A stretch of DNA of 64,000 bases, taken from contig OZ024742.1 in NCBI GenBank assembly GCA_964016885.1, positions 343,666,001 to 343,730,000 on the forward strand, read 5' to 3'. The notes below the pieces were generated by a model that had not been told where the DNA came from, ran no database searches, and was given only the letters and a program-made list of their open reading frames with translations. Below, piece by piece: positions 1-14,500 of the stretch (positions are counted from its first letter, which is position 1; each line of letters starts with the position of its first letter). The stretch is from Eledone cirrhosa (Eukaryota). A program made the position numbers and the translations under genes.

Positions 1-3000
1 GGTGTGGTATACTGAGATACAGTCACAGTATGGTGTGAGATACTGAGATACAGTCACAGTATGGTGTGATATACTGAGATACAGTCACAGTATGGTGTGG
101 TATACTGAGATACCGTCACAGTATGGTGTGAGATACTGAGATACAGTCACAGTATGGTGTGGTATACTGAGATACAGTTACAGTATGGTGTAGTACACTG
201 AGATACAGTCACAGTATGGTGTGGTACACTGAGATACAGTCACAGTATGGTGTGATATATATAGAGATACTGTCACATTATGGTGTGATATACTGAGATA
301 CAGTCACAGTATGGTGTGGTATACTGAGATACACCCACAGTATGGTGTGGTCTACTGAGATACAGTCACAGTATGGTGTGGTATACTGAGATACAGTCAC
401 ACTATGGTGTGATATATTGAGATACTGTCACAGTATGGTGTGGTATACTGAGATACAGTCACAATATAGTGTGGTACACTGAGATACACCCACAGTATGG
501 TGTGGTTTACTGAGATACAGTCACAGTATGGTGTGGTTTACTGAGATACACTCACAGTATGTTGTGGTATAATGAGATACAGTCACACTATGGTGTGGTA
601 CACTGAGATACAGTCACAATATGGTGTGGTATACTGAGATACCCCAACAGTATGGTGTGATATACTGAGATACAGTCACAGTATGGTGTGTTATACTGAG
701 ATACAGTCACAGTATGGTGTGGTATACTGAGATACAGTCACAATATGGTGTGATATACTGAGATACAGTCACAGTATGGTGTGAGATATTGAGATACAGT
801 CACAGTAAGGTGTGGCTTACTGAGATACAGTCACAGTATGGTGTGATATACTGAGATACACCCATAGTATGGTGTGGTACACTGAGATACAGTCACAGTA
901 TGGTGTGAGATACTGAGATACAGTCAGAGTATGGTGTGGTATACTGAGATACAGTCACATTATGGTGTGGTATACTGAGATACAGTAACAGGATGATGTG
1001 GTATACTGAGATACAGTCACAGTATGGTGTGGTACACTGAGATACAGTCACAGTATGGTGTGGTACACTGCGATACAGTCACAGTATGGTGTGGTTTACT
1101 GAGATACAGTCACACTATGGTGTGGTATACTGAGATACACCCACAGTATGGTGTGGTATACTGAGATACAGTCACAGTATGGTGTGGTACACTGAGATAC
1201 AGTCACAGCATGGTGTGGTACACTGAGATACAGTCACAGTATGGTGTGGTATACTGAGATACAGTCACAGTATGGTGTGGTATACTGAGATACAGTCACA
1301 GTATGGTGTGGTACACTGAGATACAGTCACAGTATGGTGTTGTATACTGAGATACAGTCACAGTATGGTGTGATATAGTGAGATACACCCACAGTATGGT
1401 GTGATATACTGAGATACACCCACAGTATGGTGTGATATACTGAGATACAGTCACAGTATGGTGTGATACACTGAGATACGGTCACAGTATGGTGTGGTAC
1501 ACTGAGATACAGTCACAGTATGGTGTGGTTTACTGAGATACAGTCAAAGTATGGTGTGATATACTGAGATACAGTCACAGTCTGGTGTGATATACTGAGA
1601 TACACCCACAGTATGGTGTGGTAGACTGAGATACAGTCACAGTAAGGTGTGATATACTGAGATACAGTCACAGTCTGGTGTGATATACTGAGATACACCC
1701 ACAGTATGGTGTGGTATACTGAGAAACAGTCACAGTATGGTGTGGTACACTGAGATACAGTCACAGTATCGTGTGATATATTGAGATACAGTTAGAATAT
1801 GGTGTGGTATACTAAGATACAGTCACAGTATGGTGTGATATACTGAGATACACCCAGAGTATTGTATGGTATACTGAGATACAGTCACAGTATGGTTTGA
1901 TATACTGAGATACAGTCACAGTATGGTGTGGTTTACTGAGATACAGTCTCAGTATGGTGTGTTATACTGAGATACAGTTACAGTATGGTGTGGTACACTG
2001 ACATGCAGTCACAGTATGGTGTGATATACTGAGATACACGCACAGTATTGTATGGTATACAGAAATACAGTCACAGTATGGTGTGTTATGTTGAGATACT
2101 GTCACAGTATGGTGTGGTATACTGAGATACAGTCAAAGTATGGTGTGATATACTGAGATACACCCACAGTATGGTGTGATATACAGAGATACACTCACAG
2201 TATGTTGTGATACAATGAGATACAGTCACAGTATGGTGTGATATACTGAGATACACCCACAGTATGGTGTGATATACTGAGATACAGTCACAGTATGGTT
2301 TGATATACTGAGATACAGTCACAGTATGGTGTGGTTTACTGAGATACAGTCTCAGTATGGTGTGGTATACTGAGATACAGTTACAGTATGGTGTGGTACA
2401 CTGAGATACAGTCACAGTATGGTGTGAGATACTGAGATACAGTTACAGTATGGTGTGGTACACTGAGATACAGTCACAGAATGGTGTGATATACTGAGAT
2501 ACACCCACAGTATTGTATGGTATACAGAGATAGAGTCACAGTATGGTGTGATATATTGAGATACTGTCACAGTATGGTGTGGTATACTGAGATACAGTCA
2601 AAGTATGGTGTGATATACTGAGATACACCCACAGTATGGTGTAATATACTGAGATACAGTTACAGTATGGTGTGGTACACTGAGATACAGTCACAGAATG
2701 GTGTGATATACTGAGATACACTCACAGTATGTTGTGATACACTGAGATACAGTCACAGTATGGTGTGGTATACTGAGATACAGTCACAGTATGGTGTGAG
2801 ATACTGAGATACACCCACAGTGTGGTGTGATATACTGAAATACACCCACAGTATGGTGTAATATACTGAGATACAGTCACAGTATGGTGTGGTACACAGA
2901 GATACAGTCACAGAATGCTGTGAGATACTGAGATACAGTCAGAGTATGGTGTGGTTTACTGAGATACAGTCACAGTATGGTGTGATATACTGAGATACAC

Positions 3001-3829
3001 CCACAGTATGGTGTGGTACACCGAGATACACCCACAGTATGGTGTGATATACTGAGATACAGTCACAGTATGGTGTGGTATACTGAGATACAGTCACAGT
3101 ATGGTGTGATATACTGAGATACAGTCACAGTATGGTGTAAGATACTGAGATACAGTCAGAGTATGGTGTGGTACACAGAGATACAGTCACAGAATTCTGT
3201 GAGATACTGAGATACAGTCAGAGTATGGTGTGGTATACTGAGATACAGTCACAGTAAGGTGTGCTACACTGAGATACAGTCACAGTATGGTGTGATATAC
3301 TGAGATACACCCACAGTATGGTGTGGTACACTGAGATACAGTCAGAGTGTGGTGTGGTATACTGAGATACAGTCACAGTATGGTGTGAGATACTGAGATA
3401 CAATCACAGTATGGTGTGGTATACTGAGATACAATCACAGTATGGTGTGGCATACTGAGATACAATCACAGTATGGTGTGGTACACTGAGATTCAATCAC
3501 AGTATGGTGTGGCATACTGAGATACAGTCAGAGTGTGGTGTGGTATACTGAGATACAGTTACAGTATGTTGTGGCATACTGAGATACAGTCACAGTATGG
3601 TGTGATATACTGAGATACAGTCACAGAATGGTGTGGTTTACTGAGATACAGTCACAGTATGGTGTTATATACTGAGATACAGTCACAGTATGGTGTGGTA
3701 TACTGAGATACAGTCACAGTATGGTGTGATATACTGAGATACAGTCACAGCATCGTGTGATATACTGACATACAGTCACACTATGGTGTGCTATACTGAG
3801 ATACACTCACAGTATGGTGTGGTACACTG

Positions 3830-6800
3830 AGATACAGTCACAGTATGGTGTGAGATACTGAGATACAGTCACAGTATGGTGTTGTATACTGAGATACAGT
3901 CACAGTATGGTGTGAGATACTGAGATACAGTCACAATATGGTGTGAGATGCTGAGATACACTGACAGTATGTTGTGGTACACTGAGATACAGTCACAGTA
4001 TGGTGTGATATACTGAGATACAGTCACAGTATGGTGTGGTACACTGAGATACAGTCACAATATGGTGTGAGATACTGAGATACAGTCACAATATGGTGTG
4101 ATATAATGAGATACAGTCACAGTATGGTGTGATATACTGAGATACAGTCAGAATATGGTGTGGTATACTGAGATACAGTCACAGTATGGTGTGATATACT
4201 GAGATACACCCAGAGTATTGTATGGTATACTGAGATAGAGTCACAGTATGGTGTGATATACTGAGATACAGTGACAGTATGGTGTGGTACACTGAGATAC
4301 AGTCACACTATGGTATGATATACTGACATACAGTCACAGTATGGTGTGATATACTGAGATACAGTGACAGTATGGTGTGGTACACTGAGATACAGTCACA
4401 GTATGGTTTGATATACTGAGATACAGTCACAGTATGGTGTGGTATACTGAGATACAGTCACAGTATGGTGTGGTACACTGAGATACAGTCACAGTATGGT
4501 GTGATATACTGAGATACACCCACAGTATTGTATGGTATACAGAGATACAGTCACAGTATGGTGTGATATATTGAGATACTGTCACAGTATGGTGTGGTAT
4601 ACTGAGATACAGTCAGAGTATGGTGTGATATACGGAGATACACCCACAGTATGGTGTGATATACAGAGATACACTCACAGTATGATGTGATATACAGAGA
4701 TACAGTCACAGTATGGTGTGATATTCTGAGATACAGTCACAGTATGGTGTGGTATACTGAGATACATTCACAGTATGGTGTGAGATACTGAGATACACCC
4801 ACAGTGCGGTGTGATATACTGAACTACACCCACAGTATGGTGTGATATACTGAGATACAGTCACAGTATGGTGTGGTACACAGAGATACAGTCACAGAAT
4901 GCTGTGAGATACTGAGATACAGTCACAGTATGGTGTGAGATACTGAGATACAGTCATAGTATGGTGTGAGATACTGAGATATAGTCACAGTATGGTGTGA
5001 GATACTGAGATACAGTCACAGTATGGTGTGAGATACTGAGATACAGTCACAGTATGGTGTGATATACTGAGATACACCCACAGTATGGTGTGGTACACTG
5101 AGATACAGTCACAGTATGGTGTGATATACTGAGATACAGTCACAGTATGGTGTGAGATACTGAGATACTGTCACAGTATGGTGTTGTATACTGAGATACA
5201 ATCACAGTATGGTGTGGCATACTGAGATACAGTCACAGTATGGTGTGGTACACTGAGATACAGTCACAGTATGGTGTGAGATACTGAGATACAGTCACAG
5301 TATGGTGTGATATACTGAGATACAGTCAGAGTATGGTGTGAGATACTAAGATACAGTCACAGGATGGTGTGGTACACTGAAATACAGTCACAGTATGGTG
5401 TGGTTTACTGAGATACAATCACAGTATGGTGTGAGATACTGAGATACAGTCAAAGTATGGTGTGGTACACTGAGATACAGTCACAGTATGGTGTGATATA
5501 CTGAGATACTGTCACAGTATGGTGTGAGATACTGAGATAGAGGTCACAGTATGGTGTGGTATACTGAGATACAGTCACAGTAAGGTGTGCTACACTGATA
5601 TACAGTCACAGTATGGTGTGATATACTGAGAAACACCCACAGTATGGTGTGGTACACTGAGATACAGTGAGAGTGTGGTGTGGTATACTGAGATACAGTC
5701 ACAGTATGCTGTGAGATACTGAGATACAATCACAGTATGGTGTGGTATACTGAGATACAGTCACATTATGGTGTGAGATACTGAGATACAGTCACAGTAT
5801 GTTGTGATATACTGAGATACAGTCACAGTATGGTGTGGTATACTGAGATACAGTCACAGTATCGTGTGGTATGCAGAGATACAGTCACAGTATGGTGTGG
5901 TATATTGAGATACAGTCACAGTATGGTGTCATAAACTGAGATACAGTCACAGTATGGTGTGATATACTGAGATACAGTCACAGTATGGTGTGGTATATTG
6001 AGATACAGTCACAGTATGGTGTCATAAACTGAGATACAGTCACAGTATGGTGTGATATACTGAGATACATTCACAGTATGGTGTGATATACTGAGATACA
6101 GTCACAGTATGGTGTGATATACTGAGATACAGTCACAGTATGGTGTGAGATACTGAGATACAGTCACAGTATGGTGTGAGATACTGAGATACAGTCACAG
6201 TATGGTGTTGTATACTGAGATACAGTCACAGTATGGTGTGAGATACTGAGATACAGTCACAATATGGTGTGAGATGCTGAGATACACTGACAGTATGGTG
6301 TGGTACACTGAGATACAGTCACAGTATGGTGTGATATACTGAGATACAGTCACAGTATGGTGTGGTACACTGAGATACAGTCACAATATGGTGTGAGATA
6401 CTGAGATACAGTCACAATATGGTGTGATATAATGAGATACAGTCATAGTATGGTGTGATATACTGAGATACAGTCAGAATATGGTGTGGTATACTGAGAT
6501 ACAGTCACAGTATGGTGTGATATACTGAGATACACCCAGAGTATTGTATTTTATACTGAGATAGAGTCACAGTATGGTGTGATATACTGAGATACAGTGA
6601 CAGTATGGTGTGGTACACTGAGATACAGTCACACTATGGTATGATATACTGACATACAGTCACAGTATGTTGTGATATACTGAGATACAGTGACAGGATG
6701 GTGTGGTACACTGAGATACAGTCACAGTATGGTTTGATATACTGAGATACAGTCACAGTATGGTGTGGTATACTGAGATACAGTCACAGTATGGTGTGGT

Positions 6801-9800
6801 ACACTGAGATACAGTCACAGTATGGTGTGATATACTGAGATACACCCACAGTATTGTATGGTATACAGAGATACAGTCACAGTATGGTGTGATATATTGA
6901 GATACTGTCACAGTATGGTGTGGTATACTGAGATACAGTCAGAGTATGGTGTGATATACTGAGATACACCCACAGTACGGTGTGATATACAGAGATACAC
7001 TCACAGTATGATGTGATATACAGAGATACAGTCACAGTATGGTGTGATATACTGAGATACAGTCACAGTATGGTGTGGTATACTGAGATACATTCACAGT
7101 ATGGTGTGAGATACTGAGATACACCCACAGTGTGGTGTGATATACTGAACTACACCCACAGTATGGTGTGATATACTGAGATACAGTCACAGTATGGTGT
7201 GGTACACAGAGATACAGTCACAGTATGGTGTGAGATACTGAGATACAGTCACACTATGGTGTTGTATACTGAGATACAGTCACAGTATGGTGTGAGATAC
7301 TGAGATACAGTCACAATATGGTGTGAGATGCTGAGATACACTGTCAGTATGTTGTGGTACACTGAGATACAGTCACAGTATGGTGTGATATACTGAGATA
7401 CAGTCACAGTATGGTGTGGTACACTGAGATACAGTCACAATATGGTGTGAGATACTGAGATACAGTCACAATATGGTGTGATATAATGAGATACAGTCAC
7501 AGTATGGTGTGATATACTGAGATACAGTCAGAATATGGTGTGGTATACTGAGATACAGTCACAGTATGGTGTGATATACTGAGATACACCCAGAGTATTG
7601 TATGGTATACTGAGATAGAGTCACAGTATGGTGTGATATACTGAGATACAGTGACAGTATGGTGTGGTACACTGAGATACAGTCACACTATGGTATGATA
7701 TACTGACATACAGTCACAGTATGGTGTGATATACTGAGATACAGTGACAGTATGGTGTGGTACACTGAGATACAGTCACAGTATGGTTTGATATACTGAG
7801 ATACAGTCACAGTATGGTGTGGTATACTGAGATACAGTCACAGTATGGTGTGGTACACTGAGATACAGTCACAGTATGGTGTGATATACTGAGATACACC
7901 CACAGTATTGTATGGTATACAGAGATACAGTCACAGTATGGTGTGATATATTGAGATACTGTCACAGTATGGTGTGGTATACTGAGATACAGTCAGAGTA
8001 TGGTGTGATATACTGAGATACACCCACAGTATGGTGTGATATACAGAGATACACTCACAGTATGATGTGATATACAGAGATACAGTCACAGTATGGTGTG
8101 GTACACAGAGATACAGTCACAGAATGCTGTGAGATACTGAGATACAGTCACAGTATGGTGTGAGATACTGAGATACAGTCATAGTATGGTGTGAGATACT
8201 GAGATATAGTCACAGTATGGTGTGAGATACTGAGATACAGTCACAGTATGGTGTGAGATACTGAGATACAGTCACAGTATGGTGTGATATACTGAGATAC
8301 ACCCACAGTATGGTGTGGTACACTGAGATACAGTCACAGTATGGTGTGATATACTGAGATACAGTCACAGTATGGTGTGAGATACTGAGATACTGTCACA
8401 GTATGGTGTTGTATACTGAGATACAATCACAGTATGGTGTGGCATACTGAGATACAGTCACAGTATGGTGTGGTACACTGAGATACAGTCACAGTATGGT
8501 GTGAGATACTGAGATACAGTCACAGTATGGTGTGATATACTGAGATACAGTCACAGTATGGTGTGAGATACTAAGATACAGTCACAGGATGGTGTGGTAC
8601 ACTGAAATACAGTCACAGTATGGTGTGGTTTACTGAGATACAATCACAGTATGGTGTGAGATACTGAGATACAGTCAAAGTATGGTGTGGTACACTGAGA
8701 TACAGTCACAGTATGGTGTGATATACTGAGATACAGTCACAGTACGGTGTGAGATACTGAGATAGAGGTCACAGTATGGTGTGGTATACTGAGATACGCC
8801 CACAGTATGGTGTGGTACACTGAGATACAGTGAGAGTGTGGTGTGGTATACGGAGATACAGTCACAGTATGCTGTGAGATACTGAGATACAATCACAGTA
8901 TGGTGTGGTATACTGAGATACAGTCACATTATGGTGTGAGATACTGAGATACAGTCACAGTATGTTGTGATATACTGAGATACAGTCACAGTATGGTGTG
9001 GTATACTGAGATACAGTCACAGTATCGTGTGGTATGCAGAGATACAGTCACAGTATGGTGTGGTATATTGAGATACAGTCACAGTATGGTGTCATAAACT
9101 GAGATACAGTCACAGTATGGTGTGATATACTGAGATACAGTCACAGTATGGTGTGGTATATTGAGATACAGTCACAGTATGGTGTCATAAACTGAGATAC
9201 AGTCACAGTATGGTGTGATATACTGAGATACATTCACAGTATGGTGTGATATACTGAGATACAGTCACAGTATGGTGTGATATACTGAGATACAGTCACA
9301 GTATGGTGTGAGATACTGAGATACAGTCACAGTATGGTGTGAGATACTGAGATACAGTCACAGTATGGTGTTGTATACTGAGATACAGTCACAGTATGGT
9401 GTGAGATACTGAGATACAGTCACAATATGGTGTGAGATGCTGAGATACACTGACAGTATGGTGTGGTACACTGAGATACAGTCACAGTATGGTGTGATAT
9501 ACTGAGATACAGTCACAGTATGGTGTGGTACACTGAGATACAGTCACAATATGGTGTGAGATACTGAGATACATTCACAATATGGTGTGATATAATGAGA
9601 TACAGTCATAGTATGGTCTGATATACTGAGATACAGTCAGAATATGGTGTGGTATACTGAGATACAGTCACAGTATGGTGTGATATACTGAGATACACCC
9701 AGAGTATTGTATTTTATACTGAGATAGAGTCACAGTATGGTGTGATATACTGAGATACAGTGACAGTATGGTGTGGTACACTGAGATACAGTCACACTAT

Positions 9801-11550
9801 GGTATGATATACTGACATACAGTCACAGTATGGTGTGATATACTGAGATACAGTGACAGGATGGTGTGGTACACTGAGATACAGTCACAGTATGGTTTGA
9901 TATACTGAGATACAGTCACAGTATGGTGTGGTATACTGAGATACAGTCACAGTATGGTGTGGTACACTGAGATACAGTCACAGTATGGTGTGATATACTG
10001 AGATACACCCACAGTATTGTATGGTATACAGAGATACAGTCACAGTATGGTGTGATATATTGAGATACTGTCACAGTATGGTGTGGTATACTGAGATACA
10101 GTCAGAGTATGGTGTGATATACTGAGATACACCCACAGTACGGTGTGTTATACAGAGATACACTCACAGTATGATGTGATATACAGAGATACAGTCACAG
10201 TATGGTGTGATATACTGAGATACAGTCACAGTATGGTGTGGTATACTGAGATACATTCACAGTATGGTGTGAGATACTGAGATACACCCACAGTGTGGTG
10301 TGATATACTGAACTACACCCACAGTATGGTGTGATATACTGAGATACAGTCACAGTATGGTGTGGTACACAGAGATACAGTCACAGAATGCTGTGAGATA
10401 CTGAGATACAGTCACAGTATGGTGTGAGATACTGAGATACAGTCATAGTATGGTGTGAGATACTGAGATACAGTCACAGTATGGTGTGAGATACTGAGAT
10501 ACAGTCACAGTATGGTGTGAGATACTGAGATACAGTCACAGTATGGTGTGATATACTGAGATACACCCATAGTATGGTGTGGTACACTGAGATACAGTCA
10601 CAGTATGGTGTGATATACTGAGATACAGTCACAGTATGGTGTGAGATACTGAGATACTGTCACAGTATGGTGTTGTATACTGAGATACAATCACAGTATG
10701 GTGTGGCATACTGAGATACAGTCACAGTATGGTGTGGTACACTGAGATACAGTCACAGTATGGTGTGAGATTCTGAGATACAGTCACAGTATGGTGTGAT
10801 ATACTGAGATACAGTCACAGTATGGTGTGAGATACTGAGATACAGTCACAGTATGGTGTGGTACACTGAGATACAGTCACAGTATGGTGTGGTTTACTGA
10901 GATACAGTCACAGTATGGTGTGAGATACTGAGATACAATCAAAGTATGGTGTGGTACACTGAGATACAGTCACAGTATGGTGTGATATACTAAGATACAG
11001 TCACAGTACGGTGTGAGATACTGAGATAGAGGTCACAGTATGGTGTGGTATACTGAGATACAGTCACAGTAAGGTGTGCTACACTGATATACAGTCACAG
11101 TATGGTGTGATATACTGAGATACACCCACAGTATGGTGTGGTACACTGAGATACAGTCAGAGTGTGGTGTGGTATACTGAGATACAGTCACAGTATGCTG
11201 TGAGATACTGAGATACAATCACAGTATGGTGTGGTATACTGAGATACAGTCACATTATGGTGTGAGATACTGAGATACAGTCACAGTATGTTGTGATATA
11301 CTGAGATACAGTCACAGTATGGTGTGGTATACTGAGATACAGTCACAGTATGGTGTGGTATACAGAGATACAGTCACAGTATGGTGTGGTATATTGAGAT
11401 ACAGTCACAGTATGGTGTCATAAACTGAGATACAGTCACAGTATGGTGTGATATACTGAGATACAGTCACAGTATGGTGTGGTATATTGAGATAAAGTCA
11501 CAGTATGGTGTCATAAACTGAGATACAGCCACAGTATGGTGTGATATACT
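3830..11550. repeat. Imperfect 2.3-3.2-kb HOR copies (about 3.5 units)
   Basis: ATCGTGTGGTATGCAG 5861->9024 (3163 = 102x31+1); 32-bp monomer at 5541, 8766, 11030; GAGATGCTGAG at ~3945, 6271, 7325, 9434. Confidence 0.75.
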
Positions 11551-14500
11551 GAGATACAGTCACAGTATGGTGTGATATACTGAGATACAGTCACAGTATG
11601 GTGTGATATACTGAGATACAGTCACAGTATGGTGTGGTATACTGAGATACAGTCACAGTATGGTGTGGTATACTGAGATACAGTCACAGTATGGTGTGGT
11701 ACACTGAGATACATTCACAGTATGGTGTGGTATACTGAGATACCCCCACAGTATGGTGTGATATACTGAGATACAGTCACAGTATGGTGTGATATACTGA
11801 GATACAGTCACAGTATGGTGTGAGATACTGAGATACAGTCACAGGATGGTGTGGTTTACTGAGATACATTCACAGTATGGTGTGATATACTGAGATACAG
11901 TCACAGCATCGTGTGATATACTGACATACAGTCACACTATGGTGTGCTATACTGAGATACACTCACAGTATGGTGTGATATACTGAGATACACTCACAGT
12001 ATGGTGTGGTACACTGAGATACACTCACAGTATGGTGTGGTACCCTGAGATACACTCACAGTATGGTGTGGTATACTGAGATACCCCCACATATGGCGTG
12101 ATATACTGAGATACACCCACAGAATGGTGTGATATACTGAGATACAGTCACAGTATGGTGTGGTACACTGAGATACAGTCACAGTATGGTGTGAGATACT
12201 GAGATACAGTCACAGTATGGTGTGGTATACTGAGATACAGTCACAGTATGGTGTGATATACTGAGATACAGTCACAGCATCGTGTGATATACTGACATAC
12301 AGTCACACTATGGTGTGCTATACTGAGATACACTCACAGTATGGTGTGGTACACTGAGATACACTCACAGTATGGTGTGGTACCCTGAGATACACTCACA
12401 GTATGGTGTGGTATACTGAGATACAGTCACATTAAGGTGTAATATACTGAGATACAGTCACAGTATGGTGCGGTACACTGAGATACAATCACAGTATTGT
12501 ATGGTATACTGAGATACAGTCACAGTATGGTGTGATATACTGAGGTACAGTCACAGTATGGTGTGGTACACTGAGATAAAGTCACAGTATGGTGTGAGAT
12601 ACTGAGATACAGTCACAGTATGGTGTTGTATACTGAGATACAGTCACAGTATGGTGTGAGATACTGAGATACAGTCACAATATGGTGTGAGATACTGAAA
12701 TACACTCACAGTATGGTGTGGTACACTGAGATACAGTCACAGTATGGTGTGATATACTGAGATACAGTCACAGTATGGTGTGGTACACTGAGATACAGTC
12801 ACAATATGGTGTGAGATACTGAGATACAGTTACAATATGGTGTGATATAATGAGATACAGTCAGAGTATGGTGTGATATACTGAGATACAGTCAGAATAT
12901 GGTGTGGTATACTGAGATACAGTCACAGTATGCTGTGATATACTGAGATACACCCAGAGTATTGTATGGTATACTGAGATAGAGTCACAGTATGGTGTGA
13001 TATACTGAGACACAGTGACAGTATGGTGTGGTACACTGAGATACAGTCACAGTATGGTTTGATATACTGACATACAGTCACAGTATGGTGTGATATACTG
13101 AGATACAGTGACAGTATGGTGTGGTACACTGAGATACAGTCACAGTATGGTTTGATATACTGAGATACGGTCACAGTATGGTGTGGTATACTGAGATACA
13201 GTCACAGTATGGTGTGGTACACTACGATACAGTCACAGTATGGTGTGATATACTGAGATACACCCACAGTATTGTATGGTATACAGAGATACAGTCACAG
13301 TATGGTGTGATATATTGAGATACTGTCACAGTATGGTGTGGTATACTGAGATACTGTCAGAGTATGGTGTGATATACTGAGATACACCCACAGTATGGTG
13401 TGATATACAGAGATACACTCACAGTATGATGTGATATACAGAGATACAGTCACAGTATGGTGTGATATACTGAGATACAATCACAGTATGGTGTGGTATA
13501 CTGAGATACATTCACAGTATGGTGTGAGATACTGAGATACAGTCACAGTATGGTGTGGTTTACTGAGATACAGACACAGTATGGTGTGGTACACTGAGAT
13601 ACAGTCACTGTATGGTGTGAGATACTGAGATACAGTCACAGTATTGTGTGATATACTGAGATACAGTCACAGTATGGTGTGAGATACTGAGATACAGTCA
13701 CAGTATGGTGTGGTACACTGAGATACAGTCACAGTATGGTGTGGTTTACTGAGATACAGTCACAGTATGGTGTGAGATACTGAGATACAGTTAAAGTATG
13801 GTGTGGTACACTGAGATACAGTCACAGTATGGTGTGATATACTGAGATACAGTCACAGTATGGTGTGAGATACTGAGATACAGTCACAGTATGGTGTGGT
13901 ATACTGAGATACAGTCACAGTAAGGTGTGATATACTGAGATACAGTCACAGTATGGTGTGGTACACTGAGATACAGTCACAGTATGGTGTGAGATACTGA
14001 GATACAGTCACAGTATGGTGTGAGATACTGAGATACAGTCACAGTATGGTGTGGTCTACTGAGATACAGTCACAGTATGGTGTGATATACTGAGATACAC
14101 CCACAGTATGGTGTGGTACACTGAGATACAGTCACAGTATGGTGTGATATACTGAGATACAGTCACAGTATGGTGTGAGATACTGAGATACAGTCACAGT
14201 ATGGTGTGGTATACTGAGATACAATCACAGTATGGTGTGGCATACTGAGATACAGTCACAGTATGGTGTGGTACACTGAGATACAGTCACAGTATGGTGT
14301 GAGATACTGAGATACAGTCACAGTATTGTGTGATATACTGAGATACAGTCACAGTATGGTGTGAGATACTGAGATACAGTCACAGTATGGTGTGGTACAC
14401 TGAGATACAGTCACAGTATGGTGTGATATACTGAGATACACCCAGAGTATTGTATGGTATACTGAGATAGTGTCACAGTATGGTGTGATATACTGAGATA

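Noticed and set aside
2086-2415. Cys/His pattern (CxC...HH) reminiscent of zinc-finger repeats
   Set aside because: No C-x2-C-x12-H-x3-H spacing or TGEKP linker. The unit is 31 bp rather than 84 bp and the frame is not maintained.
2816-2822. V(D)J RSS heptamer CACAGTG (consensus has CACAGTA)
   Set aside because: No ACAAAAACC-like nonamer at 12 or 23 bp spacing and no gene segments.
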